Origin: Candidatus Gottesmanbacteria bacterium
Lineage (GTDB): Bacteria; Patescibacteriota; Microgenomatia; UBA10105; UBA927
Direction of reading: 5' to 3'
Assembly: GCA_016218255.1 (NCBI GenBank)
Contig: JACREN010000037.1
Location: forward strand, 1,514-65,513
Length of the DNA: 64,000 bases
Below the pieces are notes generated by a model. That model was given only the letters and a program-made list of their open reading frames with translations. It was not told the DNA's origin and searched no databases. Shown piece by piece: positions 29,938-39,634 of this stretch (the stretch's first letter is position 1; each line of letters begins with the position of its first letter). The position numbers and the translations under genes are program-made.

Positions 29938-30230
29938 TACGAGCGTTTGGGAAATTATGTCTTCATCTTTTGCCGATATTTTTAGTGCTGGTTGTGCTGG
30001 CGGAATTCATGGTAACAAACTATTTGGCTGCGAAAGGAAGGGAAGTGGGTGCGGTAGAACAAAAAATTGTCGATTTTCAGGATGAGAACGAGCGTTTAGC
30101 ACAGCAAATTGCCTCAGCGTCTTCGTTGCTTCACGTGTCTGCGGAAGCCCGGGCCATGGGCTTCATTGAGCCAGCACAATATATGACCATAGGACCCGAG
30201 CAATTTACGGTCGCACTGTCTACGCGCTAG
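29934..30230 (+). CDS. ftsL: cell division protein FtsL-like
   Basis: 98 aa with a single transmembrane helix and a coiled coil. It sits in the conserved rsmH-ftsL-ftsI position. Confidence 0.6.
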   Translation: MIRAFGKLCLHLLPIFLVLVVLAEFMVTNYLAAKGREVGAVEQKIVDFQDENERLAQQIASASSLLHVSAEARAMGFIEPAQYMTIGPEQFTVALSTR

Positions 30231-30236
30231 TCACAT

Positions 30237-31913
30237 ATGTTTCGCATGTGGCTGATTTTTTCATTATTCGCACTTCTCTTTTGTTTTATTTCCTTACGAT
30301 TATTTTATTGGCAAGTGATAGCGGGAGATCGGTTGAAAGCGCGTGCAGCATCTCAATATAGTGCTGAATTTATACTACCAGCGTCTCGTGGGAAAATACT
30401 TGCTTCTGACTCGAGTCCACTAGTGATTAATCAGCCTGCCTTTTTAGCGTACGCGGAACCTAAAAAAATAAAGAATATTTCTCATTTCCTTTCCTCAGTT
30501 CACACTGTTCTGGGAGCAAATGAAACTGATATAGATGGTTTGTTGGCTGATGAGGAGCGATCATGGGTGCTTCTTGCGCATAAAGTAGAGCTTCCTGTGG
30601 TTGAAAAACTGAAAGCGCTTGGTTTGTCAGGTTTAGGTTTTGAAAAAGAGCCAAAGCGGTATTATCCCGAAGCGTCGATGGCAGCCCATGTATTGGGGTT
30701 TGTCGGATCTGATGAGAATGGACGAGATAAAGGGTATTTCGGATTAGAAGGATATTACGATCGGGATCTCCGCGGAAAAGACGGAGTGGTTGAGTTGGAA
30801 AAAGACGCGAGAGGTATGCCGATTCTTATAGGTGAAGCCAAAAGGATTGAAGCTGAAGACGGGAGAACCCTTGTGCTGTGGGTGGACAAGAGTATCCAAA
30901 ATATATTGGAAAATCGGTTATCAGAAGGAATACGGAAGTACGGTGCACAGGAAGGATCAGTAGTCATTATGGATCCACAGACTGGGGGTATTTTGGGAAT
31001 GGTCAGTTTTCCTTCATACCATCCGCAAAATTTTCTGTCCTATGAAAAAACACTGTACAAAAATCCAATTGTAGCTTCATCGTATGAGCCGGGTTCTACG
31101 TTTAAAGCACTCGTTATGAGTGCAGGCATACAAGAAAAGGTGATATCACCAACAACGACCATGGAAGAAATAGGGCCTCTGAATGTCAATGAATATGCCA
31201 TCCGAACATGGAACAACGAATATCACGGAACGATAAATATGACAAAAGTGTTGGAGCGGTCATCGAATGTAGGCATGGTCTTTGTTGCACAAAAATTGGG
31301 CAAAGAGAGCTTGCTTCGTTATATCCGGGATTTTGGATTTGGTCAGCCGACCGGTATCGATGTGGAAGAGGAAAGCTCTCCAGCACTTCGGGACAGGAAA
31401 AATTGGACTGAGATAGACTACGCGACTGCCTCATTTGGGCAAGGCATCGCGGTGACTCCGATTCAAATGGTTCGGGCAGTTGGTGCACTTGCCAACGGCG
31501 GTTGGATCATGGAGCCGCACATAGTTAAGGAAATTATTGAATCTCGCGGTAGGGTGCTCAGGATAAAGCCAAAAAAAATCCGTCAGGTTATTAGTCCGGC
31601 CACGTCAAGAATTGTAACGGAAATGATGGTAGCGGCTGTGGATAACGGTGAAGCCAAATGGGCGAAGCCATCCGGCTACCGAATAGCCGGGAAAACAGGC
31701 ACGGCACAGATCCCAGTAGCAGGGCATTATGATGAAAAGAAAACAATTGCCTCATTTGTTGGTTTTGCACCGGCCGATAATCCAAAATTTGTTATGCTGG
31801 TCACGCTTCGGGAGCCAACAAGTTCGCCGTGGGGGTCGGAAACCGCGGCTCCGCTATTTTTTACGATTGCCAGAGACCTTTTTCGGTATTTTGGCATCAC
31901 ACCGGGCCAATAA
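30237..31913 (+). CDS. ftsI: peptidoglycan D,D-transpeptidase FtsI (class B PBP)
   Basis: N-terminal transmembrane segment. Active-site STFK (SYEPGSTFK). Transpeptidase domain. Confidence 0.85.
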   Translation: MFRMWLIFSLFALLFCFISLRLFYWQVIAGDRLKARAASQYSAEFILPASRGKILASDSSPLVINQPAFLAYAEPKKIKNISHFLSSVHTVLGANETDIDGLLADEERSWVLLAHKVELPVVEKLKALGLSGLGFEKEPKRYYPEASMAAHVLGFVGSDENGRDKGYFGLEGYYDRDLRGKDGVVELEKDARGMPILIGEAKRIEAEDGRTLVLWVDKSIQNILENRLSEGIRKYGAQEGSVVIMDPQTGGILGMVSFPSYHPQNFLSYEKTLYKNPIVASSYEPGSTFKALVMSAGIQEKVISPTTTMEEIGPLNVNEYAIRTWNNEYHGTINMTKVLERSSNVGMVFVAQKLGKESLLRYIRDFGFGQPTGIDVEEESSPALRDRKNWTEIDYATASFGQGIAVTPIQMVRAVGALANGGWIMEPHIVKEIIESRGRVLRIKPKKIRQVISPATSRIVTEMMVAAVDNGEAKWAKPSGYRIAGKTGTAQIPVAGHYDEKKTIASFVGFAPADNPKFVMLVTLREPTSSPWGSETAAPLFFTIARDLFRYFGITPGQ

Positions 31914-31929
31914 ATGCTATAATAATTAC

Positions 31930-33111
31930 ATGCTTCGGAGCCTCAAGTGGCTTTATCATCTTCTTGTTGCCATATGTGCCGCATTGTGGTTTCGTATGCC
32001 GGCCAGAAAGCTTATAGTCGTTGGTGTCACGGGTACTGACGGAAAAACGACTACGACAAGTCTCATTTATGAAATCTTGAAGCTTTCGGGATACAAAGTT
32101 TCAATGATCACCTCAGTGAATGCGGTAATCGCAGGAGTCCCATACGATACTGGTTTTCATGTGACAACACCAACGGCATGGTGGGTGCAGAAGTATCTCC
32201 GAGAGGCAGTTAATCATGGCGATACTCATATGGTTCTTGAAGTGACTTCCCACGGACTTGCTCAAAATAGAGTATTTGGCATATCGTTTGCTGTCGGAGT
32301 TTTGACTAATATTACCCATGAGCATTTAGATTGGCACCGATCGTTTGATGATTACGTAAAAACGAAGTTGATGCTTCTTAAGAGTGCAAGTGCGGCAGTT
32401 CTTAATCGCGATGACGCAGTGATTTATGCCAAGGCGGTTGAACGTCTTCGAAATAAGAAATTGGTGTTATACGCGATACGGAGAGATGCTCTAATTACGC
32501 CAAAAACATATCCGTTTATTACGAAGCTGCCGGGGGAATTTAACCGGTATAATTGCTTGGCTGCATTGGCGGCAACGTATGCTTTAGGAGTTCCCAAGAA
32601 AAAAGCGCTCTCTGCAATTGCGCGTTTTCGCGGTGTGCCGGGAAGAATGGAGGTTATAGTTCGTAAACCATATGTAGTTATTGTCGATTTTGCCCATACA
32701 CCAAATGCACTTATTCAGGCGCTCAGAACCGTTCGGAAATTAGCCAAGAAGCGTCTTATCCATGTATTTGGGAGTGCCGGACTGCGAGATCACAGTAAGC
32801 GCCCACTTATGGGAAAAGCATCCAGTTCGTATGCCGATATAATTGTTCTTACGGAAGAGGACTATCGGACAGAGGATGTAAATATTATTATGGACGAATT
32901 GACAGCAGGGATTGAATCCGGAAAAGAGGTTCACCGTATCGTGAACCGTCAAGAGGCGATTGTATATGCTATGAAGATAGCGCGTCCTGGAGATGTGATT
33001 ATGATAACAGGAAAGGGGCACGAGAAGAGTTTATGCCGAGGTACGACAGAATATCCCTGGAGTGACCAGGAGGAAGTCAGAAAAAATTTACAGCTGCTCG
33101 TAAACACATGA
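31930..33111 (+). CDS. murE: Mur ligase, MurE-like (UDP-MurNAc-L-Ala-D-Glu:diamino acid ligase) lacking the usual N-terminal domain
   Basis: P-loop GVTGTDGKTTTTS lies only ~30 aa from the start, preceded by a hydrophobic segment (LKWLYHLLVAICAALWF). Central and C-terminal Mur ligase domains are present. A longer upstream ORF would overlap ftsI by 185 nt and is rejected. Confidence 0.8.
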   Translation: MLRSLKWLYHLLVAICAALWFRMPARKLIVVGVTGTDGKTTTTSLIYEILKLSGYKVSMITSVNAVIAGVPYDTGFHVTTPTAWWVQKYLREAVNHGDTHMVLEVTSHGLAQNRVFGISFAVGVLTNITHEHLDWHRSFDDYVKTKLMLLKSASAAVLNRDDAVIYAKAVERLRNKKLVLYAIRRDALITPKTYPFITKLPGEFNRYNCLAALAATYALGVPKKKALSAIARFRGVPGRMEVIVRKPYVVIVDFAHTPNALIQALRTVRKLAKKRLIHVFGSAGLRDHSKRPLMGKASSSYADIIVLTEEDYRTEDVNIIMDELTAGIESGKEVHRIVNRQEAIVYAMKIARPGDVIMITGKGHEKSLCRGTTEYPWSDQEEVRKNLQLLVNT

Positions 33112-33854
33112 CGCAAATAAATTATCCGTACTATACATCAAAACTGCTCTCTTCTGTGCCGGGCTTAATACATGGATTTTCTACGAAAAGAATGGGCGAC
33201 ATGAGAAACCGAAAGGCGAGAAAATTATTTCTTTCGCAGTTGTCTGTTCGCGATATATTTCTTTCTATGGCCGAACAGGTGCATGGTACATCAATCACCA
33301 TTCTTGAAAGTTTAGATGTTGTGACTGATACTAAGGCTGTCGGATCTGACGGTATCGTGTCGAAAGCAATCATGAAAAATGATACCCACCATGTATTAGG
33401 TGTGCGCGTGGCGGATTGTGTGCCAATAATAGCCGTGGATCCAGAAGCCAGAGTTATTGGTGTGGCTCATGCTGGATGGAAGGGCACCATTGGGGGGATA
33501 TCGGGAACGTTACTCAAGTCTATGAAGAAGGTTGGCGCAAAGATGGATCGAGTTTTAGTTTGGGTTGGTCCTCACATCGAGAAATGTTGCTATAGCGTTT
33601 CTTATGATAGAGCATTGAGATTTGTGCAGGCGTTTCATGGAAATCCAACTATTGCATCAAAAATTGGGGCTACCTGGCATGTGGATATCGGCAATGCAAA
33701 TGTGATCCAGTTAACGAATATGGGTGTTCGACCGGATAATATCGACATGCTTTCCGCGTGCACCCGTTGTCAGGCTGATGACTTTTTTTCATATAGAAGA
33801 GATTCAAAGAATTCCTTTGGGGAAATGCTTGGAGTTGTTGGATTCCGTGAATAA
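33108..33854 (+). CDS. pgeF: purine nucleoside phosphorylase/laccase-domain protein YfiH (PgeF family)
   Basis: VADCVPII…GVAHAGWKGT is the DUF152/PgeF signature. Confidence 0.8.
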   Translation: MTQINYPYYTSKLLSSVPGLIHGFSTKRMGDMRNRKARKLFLSQLSVRDIFLSMAEQVHGTSITILESLDVVTDTKAVGSDGIVSKAIMKNDTHHVLGVRVADCVPIIAVDPEARVIGVAHAGWKGTIGGISGTLLKSMKKVGAKMDRVLVWVGPHIEKCCYSVSYDRALRFVQAFHGNPTIASKIGATWHVDIGNANVIQLTNMGVRPDNIDMLSACTRCQADDFFSYRRDSKNSFGEMLGVVGFRE

Positions 33855-33859
33855 GGCAT

Positions 33860-35281
33860 ATGAATATTGATTGGGAAGAAATACATTCAATTCATTTTGT
33901 TGGTTTGAAGGGCGTGGCTATGACTGCGCTTGCTGTGTGGGCAAAAGAGGCTGGTTTCCGGGTTAGCGGTTCTGATGTGGATGATATTTTCCCCACGGAT
34001 GAAATATTAGCCGATGCGAATATCCGCGCGCACGTGGGTTTTGACTCTCAAACACTAAAGAAAAAGCGTCCGGACCTCGTGATTTATACCGGAGCGCATG
34101 GAGGTCAGGATAATGATGAGGTGAGAGAGGCAAAATCATTAGGAATTCGCATTATGTCTCATGGGCAAGCATTGGGAGAGGTGATGAGGAGAAAGCGACA
34201 GATATCGGTTGCGGGAAGCCATGGAAAAACGACGACAACGGCAATGATTGCGACTATTTTGTGCTCTGCTGGTAAAGATCCATCCTATGCCATCGGGTGC
34301 GGTAAAATTTTTGGCTTGGGTCTGCCCGGAAGAAGCGGCTACGGCGATTGGTTCCTCGCTGAGGCAGACGAATATGTTACTGATCCTCATCACGACATGA
34401 CACCGAGATTCCTGTGGCAAAATCCGGAAATACTTGTAGTGACGAATATAGATTTTGACCATCCGGACGCATATTCATCGTTGGGCGAAATTCAGCAGGC
34501 CTTCGTAAAGCTGGCTTCGCAGCAACAGGGAAGACGAGTAACCATTGTGAATGCAGATGATGAAGCAAGTGCGGTACTTTTGGGCGATGGTTTGAATGAT
34601 ATCACCACATACGGTCTTTCTCCGCGCGCAGGGTTACGCGTCTTACATGTTGGATTTGGTGAAAGGAGGACTTTTTTTACATTGTCGGAAAATGGTGTTC
34701 CTGTCGGAGAATTCACTATAAAGGTTCCGGGTCTTCATAATGTGGTAAATGCCGCTGCGGCAGCTGCTGCAGCTCGGTCTGTTGGTGTGCGTTGGGATGA
34801 TATAAAGGCGGGATTATTATTATTCGGAGGAACGAAGCGGAGGTTCGAAGAGATTGGCAAAATTCACGGTTGTACGGTATATGATGATTATGCCCATCAT
34901 CCTAAAGAAATACAGGCCACATTGGCAGCTGCGCGTGCGTGGTATCCAAAGCAAAGAATCATAACGGTTTTTCAACCACATACATATTCGCGCACGAAGG
35001 CATTGCTTGCTTACTTTGGAGTGAGTTTTGATAAGTCCGATATTGTCGTAATTGCGGATATCTACGCATCAGCGCGGGAACATGACACGCTTGGTATAAC
35101 CAGCGGAGATCTGGCGTCTGAGATACGGAAGCGGCAGGTCAATGTTCATCAATTGCACTCATATGATTCTGTTTCAGCATTCCTGTTGAGAGAAGGTCGT
35201 GATGGGGATATTATGATTTTTATGGGGGCCGGAGATATAGCCGGATGGGGACAACAATTTGTCTCGGAGATGACGCAATAA
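33860..35281 (+). CDS. murC: UDP-N-acetylmuramate--L-alanine ligase
   Basis: N-terminal Rossmann domain. P-loop AGSHGKTTTTAM. Mur ligase C-terminal domain. Confidence 0.85.
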   Translation: MNIDWEEIHSIHFVGLKGVAMTALAVWAKEAGFRVSGSDVDDIFPTDEILADANIRAHVGFDSQTLKKKRPDLVIYTGAHGGQDNDEVREAKSLGIRIMSHGQALGEVMRRKRQISVAGSHGKTTTTAMIATILCSAGKDPSYAIGCGKIFGLGLPGRSGYGDWFLAEADEYVTDPHHDMTPRFLWQNPEILVVTNIDFDHPDAYSSLGEIQQAFVKLASQQQGRRVTIVNADDEASAVLLGDGLNDITTYGLSPRAGLRVLHVGFGERRTFFTLSENGVPVGEFTIKVPGLHNVVNAAAAAAAARSVGVRWDDIKAGLLLFGGTKRRFEEIGKIHGCTVYDDYAHHPKEIQATLAAARAWYPKQRIITVFQPHTYSRTKALLAYFGVSFDKSDIVVIADIYASAREHDTLGITSGDLASEIRKRQVNVHQLHSYDSVSAFLLREGRDGDIMIFMGAGDIAGWGQQFVSEMTQ

Positions 35282-35286
35282 TCAGT

Positions 35287-36270
35287 ATGAAATCTACTAT
35301 AGAAGAGCTAAAAGAAGTGTTGGGCGACCGTCTACACATAAATGTACCTTTGGCTCCTTATACCACTCTAAAGATTGGCGGCTTAGCAGACGCATGGTGC
35401 GAGGTGCATTCTGTGGATGATTTGGTTGAGGTTGCTACAGCAGCTCGAATACGGAATATACCTGTAACTTTATTGGGTGGCGGGTCAAATGTGCTTATCA
35501 GCGATAAGGGCATTCGTGGACTGGTAATAAAAAACAATACTGAATCAATTTCTATGAGAGGGGCCAGGGGGAAGCTCAGCGCTGGGAAATCAGAGCGGCT
35601 CGTCTATGTGGAGGCTGATAGCGGCGTAGTGATGAATAAACTTGTCCGGTTTACCTGTGATGAAGGATTGGCTGGGCTAGAGATGCATCTGGGACTTCCT
35701 GGAACCGTAGGGGGGGCTTTATATATGAATTCTAAATGGATGCGTCCCGAAGGTTATGTTGGGGATGTCGTATATCAGGCAGAAATATTAGACGAAAAGA
35801 ATATCCGACGGATAGTACCAAATTCGTATTTTCAATTCGGATATGACTATAGCAGTATTCAGAAAACTCACGATATCGTTCTTCGTGTTGTGTTTGTGTT
35901 AGCGCAAAGTGATGTTAAGCATCTGTGGCAAATTGCGAACGCCAGTATTGCATATAGGAGACAAACGCAGCCTCAGGGGGTGCGAAGTCCAGGCTGTACA
36001 TTTCGAAATATATCTGCTGCTCAGGCGTTAATTTCGTCGTTGCCAGAAGGTAGTACATCGGCGGGTTTTTTGCTAGATCATGCCGGGGTAAAGAAATATT
36101 GCGTCCGCGACGCGGAAATATCAAATGTTCATGCAAATTTTATTGTCAATAAAGGAAAAGCTACTGCAGATGATGTGGTACAATTAATAAATAGAGCAAA
36201 AGAACAGGTTAAACGGCAATTCGGAGTGACTCTTGAGGAAGAAATTGTACGATTGGGAGAATTTTCATGA
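35287..36270 (+). CDS. murB: UDP-N-acetylenolpyruvoylglucosamine reductase
   Basis: FAD-binding TTLKIGGLADAW…LLGGGSNVL. MurB C-terminal domain. Confidence 0.85.
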   Translation: MKSTIEELKEVLGDRLHINVPLAPYTTLKIGGLADAWCEVHSVDDLVEVATAARIRNIPVTLLGGGSNVLISDKGIRGLVIKNNTESISMRGARGKLSAGKSERLVYVEADSGVVMNKLVRFTCDEGLAGLEMHLGLPGTVGGALYMNSKWMRPEGYVGDVVYQAEILDEKNIRRIVPNSYFQFGYDYSSIQKTHDIVLRVVFVLAQSDVKHLWQIANASIAYRRQTQPQGVRSPGCTFRNISAAQALISSLPEGSTSAGFLLDHAGVKKYCVRDAEISNVHANFIVNKGKATADDVVQLINRAKEQVKRQFGVTLEEEIVRLGEFS

Positions 36271-37607
36271 GCATGCAGACATTAATTATACAAGGTGGGA
36301 TCCCTTTGCGGGGTGAAATTGCGGTTGCAGGAGCTAAAAATGTGGCTCTAAAGGCATTTGCTTCTGCAATATTAACTGACGACAGGGTAGAAATACTAAA
36401 TGTTCCTCTAATTGCGGATGTTTATTACATGCTTGATGTTTTAAAAAGCCTCGGTATAGAAACCGATATCCATGATCATTCGGTTCAGATTCAGAGCTTT
36501 TCCTTGAAGAATACGACTGTGCCGATTGATATAGGTGCTCGACTTCGGACATCTTCTTTGGTTGTCGGTCCGCTTTTGGCGCGGTTTGGTGAGGCTCGTA
36601 TTCCAAATCCTGGCGGATGCCGGATCGGCGCCAGGCCAATAGATAGACATATTCATGGGCTCCAGAAGATGGGCGCGAAGATAACGTATCATCCAGAGGA
36701 TGGTTTTTTCTATTTGCAGGCGTCGAAGCTGCATGGAGCAGAAATAGAGTTCGAGAAAAATACACATACCGGAACCGAGGCACTGATATTAGCAGCAGTG
36801 CTCGCAGAAGGAGAAACCGTGCTAAAAAATGCTGCCTGTGAGGTTGAGGTGGATGACCTTATCCGGTTTTTGGTTTCAATGGGTGCACAAGTTAAACGAA
36901 TCAAGGAGCGGGAAATTGTGATTCGTGGAGTATCGAAGCTTCATGGGGCCAGATTCTCATTAATGCCGGATCGGAATGAAGAGGTAACATTTGCGCTCGC
37001 AGCTGTAGCAACCGGTGGAGACGTGATTGTTCGTCATTCTAGACGTGCTCATTTAGGTGCTTTTTTAAAGGTATTTGCTCAAGCAGGAGGATCACATGAA
37101 GTAATTGATGATACAACGACTAGATACGTTCAAAAAGGGCCGATTCAGTCAACCGATATCGTGACAAAGCCACACCCTGGCTTTATGACGGATTGGCAGG
37201 CACCATGGGCTCTCTATATGACGCAGGCAGTCGGGATATCAACGATACACGAGACGGTGTTTGAGAGTAGATTTTCCTATGTGTCAGAATTGCGCAAAAT
37301 GGGAGCACACATTGATTTTTTTGACCCGCCAGTTCAGGACCCTGAATCGTATTATAATTTTAACTGGAGTGACCGACTCGAAGGATACCATCAGGCAATA
37401 CGGATTTTTGGACCAACTCCGCTTCACGATGCGGTTGTAGAAATTGATGATCTGCGCGCAGGTGCAACCGTGCTTTTAGCTGCGCTTGTCGCTTCTGGAA
37501 CTAGTTATATTCACGGTGTCGAGCAGATTGACCGCGGATATGAGAATATAGAAGAGCGTTTTCAAAAGCTTGGTGCCCGTATTACACGAAAGGAGAAGGA
37601 ATTATGA
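36267..37607 (+). CDS. murA: UDP-N-acetylglucosamine 1-carboxyvinyltransferase
   Basis: IQGGIPLRGEIAVAGAKNVALK and the EPSP-synthase fold. ATGA overlap with murB. Confidence 0.9.
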   Translation: MSMQTLIIQGGIPLRGEIAVAGAKNVALKAFASAILTDDRVEILNVPLIADVYYMLDVLKSLGIETDIHDHSVQIQSFSLKNTTVPIDIGARLRTSSLVVGPLLARFGEARIPNPGGCRIGARPIDRHIHGLQKMGAKITYHPEDGFFYLQASKLHGAEIEFEKNTHTGTEALILAAVLAEGETVLKNAACEVEVDDLIRFLVSMGAQVKRIKEREIVIRGVSKLHGARFSLMPDRNEEVTFALAAVATGGDVIVRHSRRAHLGAFLKVFAQAGGSHEVIDDTTTRYVQKGPIQSTDIVTKPHPGFMTDWQAPWALYMTQAVGISTIHETVFESRFSYVSELRKMGAHIDFFDPPVQDPESYYNFNWSDRLEGYHQAIRIFGPTPLHDAVVEIDDLRAGATVLLAALVASGTSYIHGVEQIDRGYENIEERFQKLGARITRKEKEL

Positions 37608-38911
37608 GCAGGGAGTTAATTGCAGTCGTGTTAGCAGGCGGTGCAGGAAGCAGATTCTGGCCGATCACAACAAATAAGCTGTTATTACCCTTTTTAGGAC
37701 GAAGGTTTATTGATTTTTCAGTGGCTGATGTAATGCCTAAAGAGATTACCCGCATGGTAATCATAACGAGCACTGAAAATAAAGAAACCATTGACTCAAT
37801 GCACTTTGGAGTTCCTACGGTGACGGTCTTGCAGCATAGGCCGATGGGTATGGCAGACGCACTGCTCTCTGCCTCCTCAGAATTGGAAAACGCCCGTTTG
37901 CTCGTTATAATTGCCGACGACTTACTGGATAGAAAAATATTGAAGTCTGTTGCAGGATATGCTGATAAAAAAGAAATATATGGCGCTATTCCCGGCTGGA
38001 AAACACCATCATATTTCCCAGGTGGATACATTATGACAGTGGGTGATCGGATCGTAAACATCGTTGAAAAACCGGGTGAAGGAAAAGAACCGAGCAATTT
38101 CGTCGCTGTATCTGGGCACTATATTGCAGATAGCAATGCGCTTCTAAAGGAAATACGGGCGGCACAAAGCACTGCCGATGATGTATATGAGCGAGCGGTA
38201 TCCGTGCTTATGCGGAGAGAACAGTTTTGCATGGTTCCATATAGTGGTAATTTTATTTCCCTGAAATACCCCTGGGATGTACTATCTGCGATGGATTATC
38301 TTCTGAAATCACGATTACGGCCCCACAGGGGGAAAAACGTATCGATACGTGATTCAGTCATTATTGAAGGAGATGTATACATAGATGATGGTGTTCAAAT
38401 ATTTGAACATACAAAAATTGTTGGCCCCTGTTATATTGGGAAAAATTCGATTATCGGCAACAATAACTTAATTAGACACAGTCATATCGGTGAAAATTGT
38501 GTGAGCGGATTTAACACAGATATTACACGCAGTTACATAGGAAATAACTGCTGGTTTCATAGCAATTATATTGGGGATAGCTTCCTTGAAGGGAATATCA
38601 GCATGGGGTCCGGTACTGTACTTGCTAATCTTAAACTTGATGAGGCCGGAATTGGGTCGCAGGTAAAAGATGTCCGTATTGAAACTGGACTGAACAGACT
38701 TGGAGCAGTGATTGGTCAGGGGGTGCGTCTTGGAGTGAATATTAGCGTGATGCCGGGAGTAAAGATCGGTAGTGGGTCTTTTGTCGGAGCGGGTGTCATT
38801 CTTGATAAAGATATACCGGAACATAGCTTTTGTAAAGCGACCGCAGGGTATACCATCGGAAAGAACAACATATCCGTTGCCCCTCGGAGCGCAAATCAGT
38901 TTAAATATTAA
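37604..38911 (+). CDS. sugar-1-phosphate nucleotidyltransferase with C-terminal LbH acyltransferase domain (GlmU-like)
   Basis: N-terminal AVVLAGGAGSRFWPIT is an NTP-transferase motif. The C-terminal 150 aa are hexapeptide repeats. It is adjacent to murA. Confidence 0.6.
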   Translation: MSRELIAVVLAGGAGSRFWPITTNKLLLPFLGRRFIDFSVADVMPKEITRMVIITSTENKETIDSMHFGVPTVTVLQHRPMGMADALLSASSELENARLLVIIADDLLDRKILKSVAGYADKKEIYGAIPGWKTPSYFPGGYIMTVGDRIVNIVEKPGEGKEPSNFVAVSGHYIADSNALLKEIRAAQSTADDVYERAVSVLMRREQFCMVPYSGNFISLKYPWDVLSAMDYLLKSRLRPHRGKNVSIRDSVIIEGDVYIDDGVQIFEHTKIVGPCYIGKNSIIGNNNLIRHSHIGENCVSGFNTDITRSYIGNNCWFHSNYIGDSFLEGNISMGSGTVLANLKLDEAGIGSQVKDVRIETGLNRLGAVIGQGVRLGVNISVMPGVKIGSGSFVGAGVILDKDIPEHSFCKATAGYTIGKNNISVAPRSANQFKY

Positions 38912-39634
38912 ATGAAGCGGCAGTCTATAATTATTCTTCATGGTTGGGGTTTGTCAGGCGAAAGGTTTTTGCCGTTAGCTGAAGAACTTCGGGCACGAGG
39001 TTATACGGCTTATGTGCCAGACATGCCGGGTTTTGGTGCGAGCAGTGTTCCCAAAAATTCCCTCACATTGGCTGATTATGCGAATTTTCTTAATATATTT
39101 ATACAGAAACATGATATCCGTAATCCTGTATTGATTGGCCATTCTTTTGGCGGAAGAGTGTCGATCAAATATAACATGATGTATCCAAAAATTGTTCGAG
39201 CACTTATTTTAACCGGAACGCCGGGATTTACCCCTGTAAACAGGAAAAAATTACTGTTATTTATTTTTTTGGCAAAAGTTGGTGGAGCTTTTTGGTCTTT
39301 ACCGCCATTTTGTTTGTTTAGAGAATTTGTTCAGAAATGGTATTACTACGCAGTCGGTGCAAGAGATTTTTATCGCGCGGAGGGCTCAATGAGACAAACG
39401 TTTAAAAATATTGTTCAAGAAGATTTGGAATTGGCGATGAAGTCTGTGAAAATTCCTTGTCTTCTGCTGTGGGGTGGGCAGGATACGATAGTGCCGATTT
39501 CAATTGCGCATAAAATGGCAGCTATCATGGGGACGAGTACTTTAATAACCATTCCCGATTTTGGTCATAACGTGCCATATAGAAATTCCGCCAGGTTTGC
39601 TCATCTCGTGGCGCAATTTATTCATCGCATATGA
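38912..39634 (+). CDS. alpha/beta-fold hydrolase
   Basis: HGWG…GHSFGG nucleophile elbow with a C-terminal His. Confidence 0.7.
   Translation: MKRQSIIILHGWGLSGERFLPLAEELRARGYTAYVPDMPGFGASSVPKNSLTLADYANFLNIFIQKHDIRNPVLIGHSFGGRVSIKYNMMYPKIVRALILTGTPGFTPVNRKKLLLFIFLAKVGGAFWSLPPFCLFREFVQKWYYYAVGARDFYRAEGSMRQTFKNIVQEDLELAMKSVKIPCLLLWGGQDTIVPISIAHKMAAIMGTSTLITIPDFGHNVPYRNSARFAHLVAQFIHRI

Noticed and set aside
31729-31929. Longer MurE start (31729) giving a 460-aa product
   Set aside because: It would overlap the ftsI coding region by 185 nt in another frame. The ATG at 31930, just after the ftsI stop, gives a coherent start.
37582-38097. 171-aa minus-strand ORF
   Set aside because: Antisense to the GlmU-like gene. 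The + strand product has clear NTP-transferase and LbH motifs.
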